Assembly (NCBI GenBank): GCA_945898275.1
Contig: CAMDHZ010000011.1
Span: 31,874 to 95,873, forward strand
Length of the DNA: 64,000 nt
DNA from: Chitinophaga pinensis
GTDB lineage: Bacteria; Bacteroidota; Bacteroidia; UKL13-3
Direction: 5' to 3'
Below the pieces are notes generated by a model. It had not been told where the DNA came from and did no database searches. It saw nothing but the letters and a program-made list of their open reading frames with translations. A program made the position numbers and the translations under genes. Shown in pieces: positions 1 through 11,500 of this stretch (within the stretch, counting starts at the first letter, position 1; each line of letters opens with the position of its first letter).

Positions 1-114
1 ACTATTTAATTTGGTTCATTCAATTTAATATTGGTCTTAAAAAGAATTGAGTTTTAAAATTTAAAAAATATCCAAGCAAAGTTTTTTAATCAACCCCAAA
101 TAACTACTAACTAA

Positions 115-501
115 TTATTGCTTATCAGCAAATCCATAAAGAGGAGGTACTGCTGGTGTGCCAATTATCTCAAGTTTAACACCATTGACAATAGAATCTA
201 TGGGAGTTATTTTAAAGCTTATTAATTCAATTCCATTCCAAAGCATCGAAGTGTCACTGGTTTGTTCATAGGTCCCGTAACAATAAAGGCTATCTAAATT
301 GTTTTGTCTTCTTACCCAGCAATAGTTTCCGTCACTCTTCAGGTCTAACATTTTGTATCCATTAGAATTTACGGTTGAATCCCTATAATATTTGCCAGAT
401 AGTTTATAACTGAAGTTATAATTATTCTGGGTGCTTTCCTCCTTTTTACATGAAAAGAGTAGGTTCAAGCCGAGAAATAGCAAAAGTAATTTTTGTTGCA
501 T
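115..501 (-). CDS. hypothetical lipoprotein (128 aa)
   Basis: ORF with N-terminal signal peptide and lipobox-like LLFSC; no recognisable domain. Confidence 0.45.
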   Translation of the reverse strand: MQQKLLLLFLGLNLLFSCKKEESTQNNYNFSYKLSGKYYRDSTVNSNGYKMLDLKSDGNYCWVRRQNNLDSLYCYGTYEQTSDTSMLWNGIELISFKITPIDSIVNGVKLEIIGTPAVPPLYGFADKQ

Positions 502-551
502 AGTAATGGTTGAGTTTCAAAAATATTATTTGATTGCTATAAAACAAATTG

Positions 552-1169
552 CTACAGTAAAACAATAGCAAGCAAAAGGGTTAATATGAATATACCAAAT
601 CCGCCTAATTCGGTTTTTTCTACTGGCTTACTGTATTTTATCGGATCCTTTTTAAGCAACAATTTTAATTGAAGGCTATCAATTTTATATGCCATGGCTG
701 AACCAAGTTCATTGGCCAATATTTTATTTGTCTGATTATCTATATGCTTTTTATTATAAGGTGTTTTTGCATAGGCATAAAATAGACTATCTTCTTTATC
801 TGAGGTTTTGCATGCAATTAGTGAAGTAGCATATTGATTTTTTAATTCAATTGAAACAATACATTGTTCCAAATTTATGGTTTGAAGGCTCCCATTGTTT
901 CCAACAATATATTGCTTATTAACAAGTTGATTATACAGATTATTAAAAAGTAATTGGTCAAATATATCTAAAGCATTTGTTGCGGTTCCTTTATATATTG
1001 TATCAGGATAAAATGTATAAACTGTATTGTGATTGTTATAATTAACTCCAAGCTGCGGTCTATGGAATTCTAAAGCCCCAACTTCTACTGTTTTGCAAGA
1101 GTTTAACACCAAAAATGAGCCTATAATTAGCAATATATTTTGGGGTTTAATTAGGAAAAAATCACTCAT
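552..1169 (-). CDS. hypothetical lipoprotein (205 aa)
   Basis: ORF with signal peptide and lipobox VLNSC; no recognisable catalytic motif. Confidence 0.45.
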   Translation of the reverse strand: MSDFFLIKPQNILLIIGSFLVLNSCKTVEVGALEFHRPQLGVNYNNHNTVYTFYPDTIYKGTATNALDIFDQLLFNNLYNQLVNKQYIVGNNGSLQTINLEQCIVSIELKNQYATSLIACKTSDKEDSLFYAYAKTPYNKKHIDNQTNKILANELGSAMAYKIDSLQLKLLLKKDPIKYSKPVEKTELGGFGIFILTLLLAIVLL

Positions 1170-1249
1170 GCTTCAGAAAATATCAATTTTCCTGCCAAAA
1201 TATTTTTCAAATAGGTAGTTTGTTGTATTTTGCAAGCTCAACAAAAATT

Positions 1250-3175
1250 ATGAATATTACACTACCAGACGGTTCCGTTCGCTCGTATGAACGGGGTACC
1301 ACCGCCTTAGAAATTGCAAAATCTATTAGCGAAGGATTTGCTAGAAATGTTTTAACTGCAAAGTTTAATGGACAAGTCATTGAATTAAATGACCAATTAC
1401 TTGAAGATGGCTCACTTGTTTTGTTTACATGGGACAGCAAAGAGGGTAAAAATGCTTTTTGGCATTCCTCAGCCCATTTAATGGCCCAAGCAATTGAACA
1501 TTTTTATCCTAAAGTTAATCTAACCATTGGACCTGCAATAGAAAATGGTTTTTATTATGATATTGACTTTCAAGGCGAGGCTTTTTCTGAAAAGGACTTT
1601 AAGCGCATAGAAGATAAAATGCTTGAATTTGCAAGGGAAAAAGCAGAGTTCCATAAAAAGGCTGTTTCCAAATCAGAGGCATTATCTTTTTATCAAAATA
1701 AGGAAAATCCATTCAAAGTTGAATTAATCGAGAATCTAAATGATGGTGAAATAACCTTTTGCACGCATAGTAATTTTACCGACTTATGCAGGGGAGGCCA
1801 TATACCTAACACAGGATTCATAAAATCAGTTAAACTCATGAATGTTGCTGGAGCCTATTGGAGAGGCAAGGAAACCAATCCGCAGTTAACCCGTGTTTAT
1901 GGGATAAGTTTTCCAAAGCAATCGGAGTTAAACGAGTACTTGGAAATGCTTGAGGAAGCCAAAAAGCGCGACCATAGAAAACTTGGTAAAGAATTAGAGA
2001 TTTTTACATTTGACGATGATGTAGGTCCAGGCTTACCACTTTGGTTGCCAAATGGTGGAGCAATAATTGAATTGCTTGAGAAGTTTGCTAAACAAACAGA
2101 AGAGGATGCTGGTTATTCAAGAGTAAAATCTCCACATATTGCGCGCGAAAGCATGTATATTAAAAGTGGACATTTACCGTATTATAAAGATAGTATGTTT
2201 CCTCCAATGGAAATTGATGGCGAGAAGTACTATTTAAAGGCCATGAATTGCCCTCATCATCACAAAATTTTTGCAGCAACCCCAAAAAGTTACAGAGATC
2301 TTCCACTTCGTTACGCAGAATATGGTACTTGTTACCGCTACGAACAAAGTGGTGAGTTATTTGGATTAATGCGCGTAAGAAGCCTGCAAATGAATGATGC
2401 ACACATTTATTGCACTGAAGCACAGTTTGAAGATGAGTTCAAAAAAGTAAACGACCTATATATTAAGTATTTCAGTGTGTTTGGAATTGATAAATATGTC
2501 ATGCGTTTTTCTAAGCATGATCCAGCTAAGCTAGGACAGAAGTACATCAATTCTCCTGAGTTGTGGGCCAAAACAGAAGAAATGGTAAGAAAAGTTTTGG
2601 TAAATCTTGGGGTAAACTTTGTTGAAGTTGAAGATGAAGCAGCTTTTTACGGGCCAAAGATTGATATTCAAATCTATTCGGCAATTGGACGTGAATTTAC
2701 TTTGGCAACAAATCAGGTAGATTTTGCACAAGCAGATAGGTTTGATTTATTTTTTACGAACGAAAAAAATGAAAAAGAAAGACCATTAATCATTCATAGA
2801 GCACCTTTAAGCACGCATGAAAGATTTATAGGGTTTTTATTAGAGCATTATGCTGGAAACTTACCATCTTGGTTAAGTCCTAAACAAGTTTCGATCCTAC
2901 CAATTAGTGATAAGTATGTTCCTTATGCTCAAAAACTTGTTGGTTTAATGAAAAAGAATGATATTCGCGCTTTATTCGACGACAGAAACGAGAAAATAGG
3001 CAAGAAAATCAGGGATGCTGAAGTTAAAAAAATCCCTTTTATGCTTATCATCGGAGAACAAGAAATGCAGGAAGAAAGCGTCTCCGTTAGGAAGCATGGG
3101 CACGGTGATGTTGGAAAAATGTCTTTGAATGAATTTTTAGAATATTTTGAGAATCAATTAACAGTAAAACTATAA
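1250..3175 (+). CDS. thrS: threonine--tRNA ligase
   Basis: N-terminal TGS domain (MNITLPDGS...), class II aaRS core and HxxxH/C editing-domain motifs. Start chosen at MNITLP (M11 of the ORF-track ORF). Confidence 0.95.
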   Translation: MNITLPDGSVRSYERGTTALEIAKSISEGFARNVLTAKFNGQVIELNDQLLEDGSLVLFTWDSKEGKNAFWHSSAHLMAQAIEHFYPKVNLTIGPAIENGFYYDIDFQGEAFSEKDFKRIEDKMLEFAREKAEFHKKAVSKSEALSFYQNKENPFKVELIENLNDGEITFCTHSNFTDLCRGGHIPNTGFIKSVKLMNVAGAYWRGKETNPQLTRVYGISFPKQSELNEYLEMLEEAKKRDHRKLGKELEIFTFDDDVGPGLPLWLPNGGAIIELLEKFAKQTEEDAGYSRVKSPHIARESMYIKSGHLPYYKDSMFPPMEIDGEKYYLKAMNCPHHHKIFAATPKSYRDLPLRYAEYGTCYRYEQSGELFGLMRVRSLQMNDAHIYCTEAQFEDEFKKVNDLYIKYFSVFGIDKYVMRFSKHDPAKLGQKYINSPELWAKTEEMVRKVLVNLGVNFVEVEDEAAFYGPKIDIQIYSAIGREFTLATNQVDFAQADRFDLFFTNEKNEKERPLIIHRAPLSTHERFIGFLLEHYAGNLPSWLSPKQVSILPISDKYVPYAQKLVGLMKKNDIRALFDDRNEKIGKKIRDAEVKKIPFMLIIGEQEMQEESVSVRKHGHGDVGKMSLNEFLEYFENQLTVKL

Positions 3176-3181
3176 AAGTCT

Positions 3182-3796
3182 TTGGCAACACCAACTAATC
3201 CGAATCCAGGTGCAGGAAACAGCCCAGCACCGCAACAAAACAGATTTCAGAGCAGAGGCCGCAGGTCTCTTGAACCTGAGCATAAACTCAATCACCTTAT
3301 CAGAGCTAGTCAGGTTAGGTTGGTAGGAGAAAATATTGAGGTAGGAGTATATACTTTATCTCAAGCGTTAAAGTTTGCAGAGGAGCAAGAATTAGATTTA
3401 GTTGAAATTTCACCAAATGCAGATCCACCTGTTTGTAGAGTTATTGATTACAAAAAGTTTCTTTACGAACAGAAAAAGAAAAAAAAGGAGCAAAAAGCTA
3501 ATCAAGCCAAGTCAGAGGTAAAAGAAATTCGTTTTGGTCCAAATACAGACGATCATGACTTTGACTTTAAGTTTAAACATGCAGAAAACTTCTTAAAGGA
3601 GGGACATAAGGTAAGAGCTTATGTCTTTTTCAAAGGTCGTTCTATTGTTTATAAAGAAAGGGGAGAAGTATTATTGTTGCAATTGGCTCAAAAACTAACA
3701 GAAATTGCAAAAATTGAACAACTACCAAGGTTAGAAGGAAAGAAAATGTTTCTATTAATGAGTCCGAAAGGAAAAGGAGAAGGGAAAAAGTCGTAA
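3182..3796 (+). CDS. infC: translation initiation factor IF-3
   Basis: Conserved IF-3 N- and C-domains ([19 protein letters not shown]..., [19 protein letters not shown]...). No ATG anywhere in the N-terminal region, so a non-canonical start (TTG/ATT/ATA class) is implied. Confidence 0.85.
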   Translation: MATPTNPNPGAGNSPAPQQNRFQSRGRRSLEPEHKLNHLIRASQVRLVGENIEVGVYTLSQALKFAEEQELDLVEISPNADPPVCRVIDYKKFLYEQKKKKKEQKANQAKSEVKEIRFGPNTDDHDFDFKFKHAENFLKEGHKVRAYVFFKGRSIVYKERGEVLLLQLAQKLTEIAKIEQLPRLEGKKMFLLMSPKGKGEGKKS

Positions 3797-3821
3797 TAAT
3801 AATAGTATAGGAGTAAAAAAG

Positions 3822-4022
3822 ATGCCTAAAGTAAAAACAAACAGCTCTGCGAAAAAGCGTTTTAAGTTAACACCAAGTGGTAAAATTAAACGTGCGCAGG
3901 CATTCAAAAATCACATTTTAACAAAGAAAACTACCAAGCAAAAACGTGGCTTAACCAAAATGGTTGTAGTTAGTGATGCCGACATGGGATTAGTTAAAAA
4001 CCTATTGGGTGTAGGTAAATAA
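3822..4022 (+). CDS. rpmI: 50S ribosomal protein L35
   Basis: [24 protein letters not shown]... is a typical L35. Confidence 0.9.
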   Translation: MPKVKTNSSAKKRFKLTPSGKIKRAQAFKNHILTKKTTKQKRGLTKMVVVSDADMGLVKNLLGVGK

Positions 4023-4041
4023 CCCAAAAGCTGTAATCAGC

Positions 4042-4123
4042 GGCCTTAAATTAGGAGGGCCTTAAATTCCTGGTTTTATTTGTTAACCCGAACAAAAGCA
4101 AAAAAGTTCCGAATATTTCGGAC
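4042..4123 (+). promoter_or_regulatory. structured rpmI-rplT spacer: direct repeat GGCCTTAAATT x2 (4042-4052, 4058-4068) plus small hairpin CCGAAtatTTCGG (4109-4121)
   Basis: Seen directly in sequence. The 126-nt spacer upstream of rplT is a candidate L20 autoregulatory leader by analogy with infC-rpmI-rplT regulation in other bacteria. Confidence 0.25.
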
Positions 4124-4148
4124 GCTTAGGTTCAAAAACTAAAAAAAT

Positions 4149-4493
4149 ATGCCTCGTTCAGTCAATTCCGTTGCGAGTAGAGCTCGCCGTAAAAAACTCC
4201 TCAAATTAGCCAAAGGTTATTGGGGTAAAAGAAAAAATGTATTAACAATAGCCAAACACTCTATAGAAAAGGGTTTAGGTTATGCATACAGAGACCGTAA
4301 ATCTAAGAAACGTAATTTTCGCAGTTTGTGGATAGTACGTATCAATGCTGGTTCTCGTATTCACGGTTTAAGTTATAGTCAATTTATGAATCTTGTTCAT
4401 AAAAAGGGTTTAGGTTTGAACCGAAAAGTATTAGCTGATATGGCAATGAATCACCCTGAAACATTTGCCGAAATCGTAAAATCTGTAAAATAG
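4149..4493 (+). CDS. rplT: 50S ribosomal protein L20
   Basis: [30 protein letters not shown]... is a canonical L20. Confidence 0.95.
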   Translation: MPRSVNSVASRARRKKLLKLAKGYWGKRKNVLTIAKHSIEKGLGYAYRDRKSKKRNFRSLWIVRINAGSRIHGLSYSQFMNLVHKKGLGLNRKVLADMAMNHPETFAEIVKSVK

Positions 4494-4514
4494 TATCATT
4501 CATTACGACTTTAA

Positions 4515-4551
4515 AACCTCCTTGGCTTCTTGCTAAGGAGGTTTTTTTTTG
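4515..4551 (+). terminator. rho-independent terminator after rplT
   Basis: Hairpin CCTCCTTGG-cttcttg-CTAAGGAGG followed by T9. Confidence 0.7.
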
Positions 4552-5045
4552 ATTGTTTTTCTATTTTAATTGGCGTCAAAAGTATTTTAATTGCTGGTTT
4601 AATGTTTAAGTTAAAAATACGCTTTTTTTATGCCTTTTTCTATCCTTTTTTTAGAATTATTTACATATAAAGAGGAAAAAAGCCTTTTGTATTGTTTTTA
4701 ATTCTCTAGGTATAAAACAACATTAGAAAAGCCTGATTTTATTGACCTTTGGGCTCATTTTTATTCAGGTAAATTGATATTCCACTTAATTAAACTACTA
4801 AAAGTTTTAACCTTTGGGTTAACAATCTTTTTGAGACAAATTCAATTGATTTTGTGTCATAGTGGAGTGTTTTTTCCCAAAATGGTTCTGGCTACTTTTC
4901 TTTCACCTTTGACTTATTTTTTTAAATCTTTGAAAATCAATTATTTGGTTCAAGATTTTTGCAATGGATGGATTTTTGATTCTATCCGCAGATGTCAAAT
5001 GCCTTCGAGGCAGTTGGAAGGTTCTAATTATAGATAATAAAACTT

Positions 5046-5519
5046 ATGAAAATAATTAAATTAAAACAAATGTTGAACAAGATTAATGAGAAGAAAATCA
5101 ATCGATTATTCTCAATTAACCTAGGTTTCTGCCTAGGCATGGCAGCATTTTTTGTGCTATTGCAATCAAATGATGCTTTCGCTCAGGAATCTGAAAGAAA
5201 AATTCATCCGCAATATTTACAAGCATCCCAATCTTTTAAATCAAAGGCGGGTCAAAACAGGGTAGCAGAATTTAATGCTATTGAAAGTTCATTAACTACT
5301 TTTATTGCTAGTGCTGATCCAAAACCTAGTTATGATTATTTTATTGGCGATTTTCAAATTAATACTTCAGAGTTAGTAACTCTTTTAGGGGAACCTGATG
5401 TGAAAATTTCAAATGGAATTTGGGTTTATGTTTTGAATCCAAGCCTAAACTGCAAGGTTTTGGTTGGGATTGACCCAAACGGATATTTAAGTTATATAAC
5501 ACGTAAAGAGTGTAATTAA
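5046..5519 (+). CDS. hypothetical secreted protein (157 aa)
   Basis: ORF with hydrophobic signal segment. It lies immediately upstream of the giant adhesin (19-nt gap) and is possibly co-transcribed. Confidence 0.4.
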   Translation: MKIIKLKQMLNKINEKKINRLFSINLGFCLGMAAFFVLLQSNDAFAQESERKIHPQYLQASQSFKSKAGQNRVAEFNAIESSLTTFIASADPKPSYDYFIGDFQINTSELVTLLGEPDVKISNGIWVYVLNPSLNCKVLVGIDPNGYLSYITRKECN

Positions 5520-5538
5520 TTATCTAAAAAAGAACGAA

Positions 5539-8500
5539 ATGAAAAATTCAATTTATAAATATTTGTTACTATTTGTTGTAGGACTTTTCTCCTTTTTAGG
5601 ATTAGAAGCGCAATATATCTTTACAACAAGTGCAAGCTCAAGTGTAAGTTCTGTTAATACCGGAAGCCAAATTACATACACATTCAATTACTCTACGGCA
5701 GCAAATACCACTTCGGGTCAAAACGTGGTTGCAGAATTAAACTTGCCAGATAATTTAATTCCATTTAATGAAAGTAACTTCAACAGCAATGTTTTGTTTG
5801 CTCCTACACAGATTTCATCGATTACCTATAATTCAGGTTTAAATAAAGTAACCATTAATTATGTTCATCCTTTGCCAGCAGGGGTTACTGGTCAACTTGA
5901 ATTAAAGTTGAAATATATAAATGGAACAACCCCTGATGGCTATGCTCCTGATTTATTTACAAAAGTAACTTTCACAAATGCAGAAGGTGGCAGCCCAGTT
6001 TATTCTGATACCTTAAATATAATTGCAATAGCTTCTTCTCGCTTTACTGTTTCTAAAATTAAGAATTCTGGCGGAGCCATTAACGATTTAACAATTTTCA
6101 AGATTTCAATTGGTAATAGCAGTCCAAATGCTGGTGCATTACAATTAGAAAATCCTGTTCTTAGAGATACGCTTCCAACAGGTGTTACTTTTGTAGAAGC
6201 AACCTCATTTTCAGGTTCAAACGCACCAACCTATGATCCTTTATCTAGAATCATTACTTGGACTTGGTCATCTGGACTATTCAACACAAATTATTCTGGT
6301 AATGCTTATGTGGCAGTAAAATATGAAGAACCTACTTATCAAATTGGATGGTCGGCGTGCAATTCTGCTACTTTAAGTGGCGATTATCCAATCCTTCCTT
6401 TAGGAACCACAGATTATACTCAAAAAACAGGTTCTATTTGTTTTGGCGTTGAGTCACCAACCCCAGATTTGGTTTGCACAGGAGGTGGAATTACTGCTGC
6501 CACTGCTAGTTGGTTGAATAAACACGTAATTTCAGGAACTAGTAATAATCAATTTGCTAATGGATGGTCTAACTTGGGTAATACAGAGTTGGATAGTGTA
6601 ATTTTAACTTACCAGATTGACAAAAGTGTAGATGTTACAACGGTTAAAATAGGAAAATTAGTTGACGGTTTAGCTAGGACTGGTAGAGATACAGTTGATT
6701 TGTTTTTTAAAACTAACCTAAATTCAAGCTGGACTTTTCAGGGAAATCATATCATTACAGCAGATAAAAACGTTTCATTTACTTCAATTTTGGGCGTAGG
6801 GGAATACTTAACAGAAGTAAAATTTAAGATTTATAGCCAGTTGCCAATTGGTGGAAGCCAAAGTTTAACCTATAACGGAAATGTTAGGACTTCAGCAACA
6901 AATGCTAAGGATGGCAGTCCAATTACAGAAGGAACTACCTATAATACCTCAAATCCAGGAGATGATGGAACAACCATTAGTAACAATTCTCAAGGCTCTT
7001 ATTACTATGGTGGAATTGGAACAAACTTTTCAAATTGCTCAGGTACGAGTGAAATTTTAATTTCAAGACCCGTATTCAATTCACCTTCAAAATCAATTCT
7101 TAATGGCTCTAGTTTTAGGGCTAGTGACACAATCAATTATAGATTTAGTGTTCAGTTAGGGGGTAACATGAGCGCACAGAATGTAGTTTTATATGATACT
7201 TTAGATAGCAGATTAACATATATAGCTGGTTCTTCTTCAATCGTAATTTCAGGTAATACAATTGTTCCAACAGTAAATGGTCAAATATTAATTTGGAACT
7301 TAGGAACTGTGCCCGCTAATGGGGCTTCATATACTGTTGATTTTAAAGCAGCAATTGCACCTGGTACAGCACCGGGTTCTATAAACAATAAGATGTTTAT
7401 GTCTGCTGATGCTCCAGCCATTTTTCCAAGAGGTACAAATGACAATGAAAGTACATCGGTTATAACTGCAGTTGCCCTAATTGCCTATAAAGCACAAAAT
7501 GGTTGTGACCCTGGTTTTGTATATTACCCTACCAATGCAATTACAAAGGAAGGTGATATTTTACGTTACAGAGTTACAGTGAAAAATCAAGGTAATGTTG
7601 CCGCAAAAGACTTAACCTTAATTGATGTTTTCCCTTTTATAGGTGATTCTAGAAATTCTCAATGGTTTGCTAATTTGGTTGGTCCAGTTATTTTAACCGA
7701 TCCAAATTCAACAGTTTATTATAATGCAGTTGCTAATCCATGTTATGCTGATTTTTCTCCAGCGGTTAACCCTCCTGGATGCAGTAATCCTGTTTGGACG
7801 CTTACTCCACCTTTAAATATTACTAGTGTAACTGCAATTAAAATTGTTAGGCCTAGTAATTTGACAGCCTTGGACAGCATAGAATTTGAATGGCCAATGC
7901 GTGTTCCTGTGGGCACACCTGCTAATATTCAAATGAACAATACGATTTATTATCAAGTGAGTAGAGCAGATATGGCTGGAACCACAGGTAGATTGTTACC
8001 TGCTGCTCCAAATCAAGTGGGTATGATTACCAGTTGTGCACCTATTTTAGGTTCAATTGGTGATTATGTTTGGATCGACCAAAATGGAAACGGCCTTCAG
8101 GATGAAGCTGCTAATAAAGGATTGAATGGAGTTAAGGTTTATTTATTTGGAACTGGTCCTGATAACCAAATTGGCGGTGGAGATGATGTTTTATTAGACT
8201 CAACCTTTACGGGTAATAATTTCGCTGGAAATCCAGGTTATTATAAGTTTGTTGATTTAGCAGATGGAAAGTACTTTGTTAAGTTCGAAACTAAATATGA
8301 TACCTACAGACTAACCCCAATTAGTAGTCAAAATCCTCAAACTGCCGGAAATAATGATGCAGATTCTAGCGGAAATTCTGGAGTAGTAACTATTAATGTT
8401 GCTGCTGGTGGTATTGATAAAGACAATCCAACAATTGATGCTGGTTATTATCCAATTAATACACCTGTTTGTACCGTTACTAATAATGTAAGTTGTTTTG

Positions 8501-11500
8501 GAAATGCAGATGGAAATGTTTCTGTTAGTGTGAGTGGTATTCTCCCTTACACATACCAGTGGAATACTGGACCTACAACAACAAGTTTAACTAACCTTCC
8601 AATAGGCTCTTATTCAGTTGTAGTTAACTATGGCTATGGCATTACCAGATCTTGCACCGCAACCGTTGCTCAACCAGCAGTTTTAGCTAGCACGTTAACT
8701 GATTCCAATAATATTAGCTGTAGAGGTGGTCAAAATGGTAGCATCAATATCTCTGTAAGCGGTGGCAATGTGCCTTATGGGTATACTTGGAAACGCAATG
8801 GTATCGATATTGTAAATACAAGCCAAGATTTAACCAATATCCTTCCAGGAGAATACATGGTTACGATCTTAGACAATAAAGGATGTTCTACCAGTAGAAC
8901 TGTTGTTTTGACCCAACCTTTGGATTCAGTTTCAACAGTAATCACTTCTTCAAATGTTTCTTGTAATGGTTTATTAGATGGCACAATTTCGCAAACAGTT
9001 AATGGCGGAACAACACCGTATAATTTTAGTTGGACAAAATCTGGTGATTTATTGTTTGGTTCAAGCAATGAAGATATTAATACCTTAGCAGCTGGTACTT
9101 ACTTCTTAGAAATCGAAGATAATAATGGCTGTTTATTACTAGACACCGTTAGCATAACACAACCAACTGTACTTTCTGCTACTTTAGATACAGCAATCGA
9201 CCAAGCTTGTAGTGCAATTCCTTCTGGCTCAATTGAAATTGATGTGGTAGGAGGAACAACGCCTTATACCTACAAATGGACAAATTCTTCTGCACCTGGT
9301 TATTTGCAAACTACACAAGATGTTTATAGTTTATATGGTTCTAACTACAGAGGGGTAGTAACTGATAACAATGGTTGTAGAGATACCGTTTTAGTTACAA
9401 TTGGAAGCCAAGTTGTAGAGGCAGAATTTGATGCAGATCCATTGAATTGTGATGGTACTTATGAATTAACCAATAACAGCATAGGTGCTGATAATTATAC
9501 TTGGTTAATCGAAGGGGTTGCTCCAACAGGTTTTAATAAGAGAGTTTATTGCACAACTACAGATACTTTAATCATTATGGATTTTAATCCGGGTGAATAT
9601 AGAATTACTTTAACAGTTAGCAGCAATGAAGGTTGTGTTGATTCATTAACAAAAAACATTATTGTTATGCCACAACCAATTGCCTTATTTGCTTATGATC
9701 CAATTCCTTGTACAAGCGGAATTAAGTTTACCAATTTATCGGTAAATGGTTCAATTACAACTTGGAATTTTGGAGATTTGGCTTCTGGTTTAAACAATAC
9801 AAGCACAAACAATAATCCTACGCATACTTTCAGTTCAAATGGAACATATAATGTAACATTGATTGCTGGCGATGCCGCTGGTTGTAAGGATACAATTGTT
9901 AGAGCAATTCCTGTTCAATCAGTTGGTATCACTCCAACTGCTGGATTTTCACACTCAATTCAAACTAGTGCTTGTGCAACCCGAGTATTGTTTAATAATA
10001 CTTCTTTAAACGCTAACAGTTACCTTTGGATTTTTGATGACGGTAGTACAAGTAATCTTGCAAATCCTAGTAAGGCTTATCCTGTTGCAGGAACTTATCC
10101 AGTTCAATTAATAAGCTTTAGTGCCTCGGGTTGTTCCGACACAATTGAACATTCTATTGTAATCGGTTCAAACTCTTATGGTGCGATAGCCAAGTTTGTT
10201 GCCAATGACTCGGTTCAGTGTTTGACAAATAATAGGTTTAATTTTATCAATCAATCTTTATACTACGGTCCAGGTTGGGTTTCTAATTACCAATGGAATT
10301 TTGGAGATGGTACAACCAATAATACCAACACATTTGTTTACAATAAACAATATGATACAGCAGGTAGTTACCAAGTTAGGTTAATCGCTATTTCTCCTAA
10401 TGGTTGTAGAGATACAGCTTATCAAATGGTTCGTGTTTTACCTGAGGCTGACCCAACTTTCATCATGACAATTGGATGTGGAATGGTTGCAGCCCTAGAA
10501 CATGCTGTTGATACAAATGTGAGCTATGTATGGAGTTTTGGTGATGGCAATTTTGCAAGCAACCACTTAGATAGCTTCTCTCATACATTTACCACTCCAG
10601 GTAAATACAACATCAGACTTACTACCTATACCCAAAATGGTTGCAGCACAACTTATAGTATTGGCACACTTGCCTCAGATGGCAGGTTGCCAGAACCAGA
10701 CTTTTTCTACTACGTTGCTTGTGCTAACAACATTCAATTTAAAAACACTTCTGAGTGGGGTTCAAGTTATATCTGGGATTTTGGAGATGGTTCTCCAGCT
10801 GACTCAAGTTACGAGCCATACCACAGCTATGCAGCTGCTGGAACCTATAACGTAACCCTTACAGTTTATAATTCTCCTCAGTGTTTAAAATCTATTACTT
10901 ATGCGGTTATTGCTCCTCAAGGTTTGGGAGTTAGATTACCTAGAGCAAGATTGGCTTATTGGGTTGAGCCTTGCACCAATATTACGCATGCAAGAGATAG
11001 CGCTTCAAAAGATGCAACAAATCTCAATTGGTACCTAAATAATACTTGGGTTGCAAATGGAGCAAATGTTGCCATTCCTGATCCAGGTGTTGGAATTTAT
11101 CAATTGAGAATGATTGCTGACAATGGCGTTTGTGCTGATACAACTTATGGTGGTTTTGAGCTACAAGAAAAGCCAGTAGCTGGTTTTGATTTTCTTTCAA
11201 ATACATGTTCAAATACCATCATGGTGAGCAGTAATTCTAAACATGCTACAAGCTACGAATGGAATTTTGACGATGCAGGAACTTTAACAAATACTTCTTA
11301 TGGCGCTTCGGCTTCTCACACCTTCAGTGCAAATGGTACTTATAATGTTAGGTTAATTGCCTACAACCTTACTGGATGTGCAGATACTTTGGTTCAAACC
11401 GTAACTGTTAACAATGGAAATAGTTTAAACAAAGCCAATTTTACTTATATCAACGGTTTATGCAATTGCAAATGCCAAAACACGGTTAAGTTTAACAACT

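Noticed and set aside
1207-2731. Three minus-strand ORFs (66-87 aa) inside thrS
   Set aside because: They are antisense to a highly conserved aaRS gene and show no motifs. They are spurious.
4774-5037. 87-aa ORF in the long intergenic gap
   Set aside because: AT-rich and low-complexity, with no recognisable motif; the coding-looking reading frame is opened by AT bias alone. Treated as non-coding.
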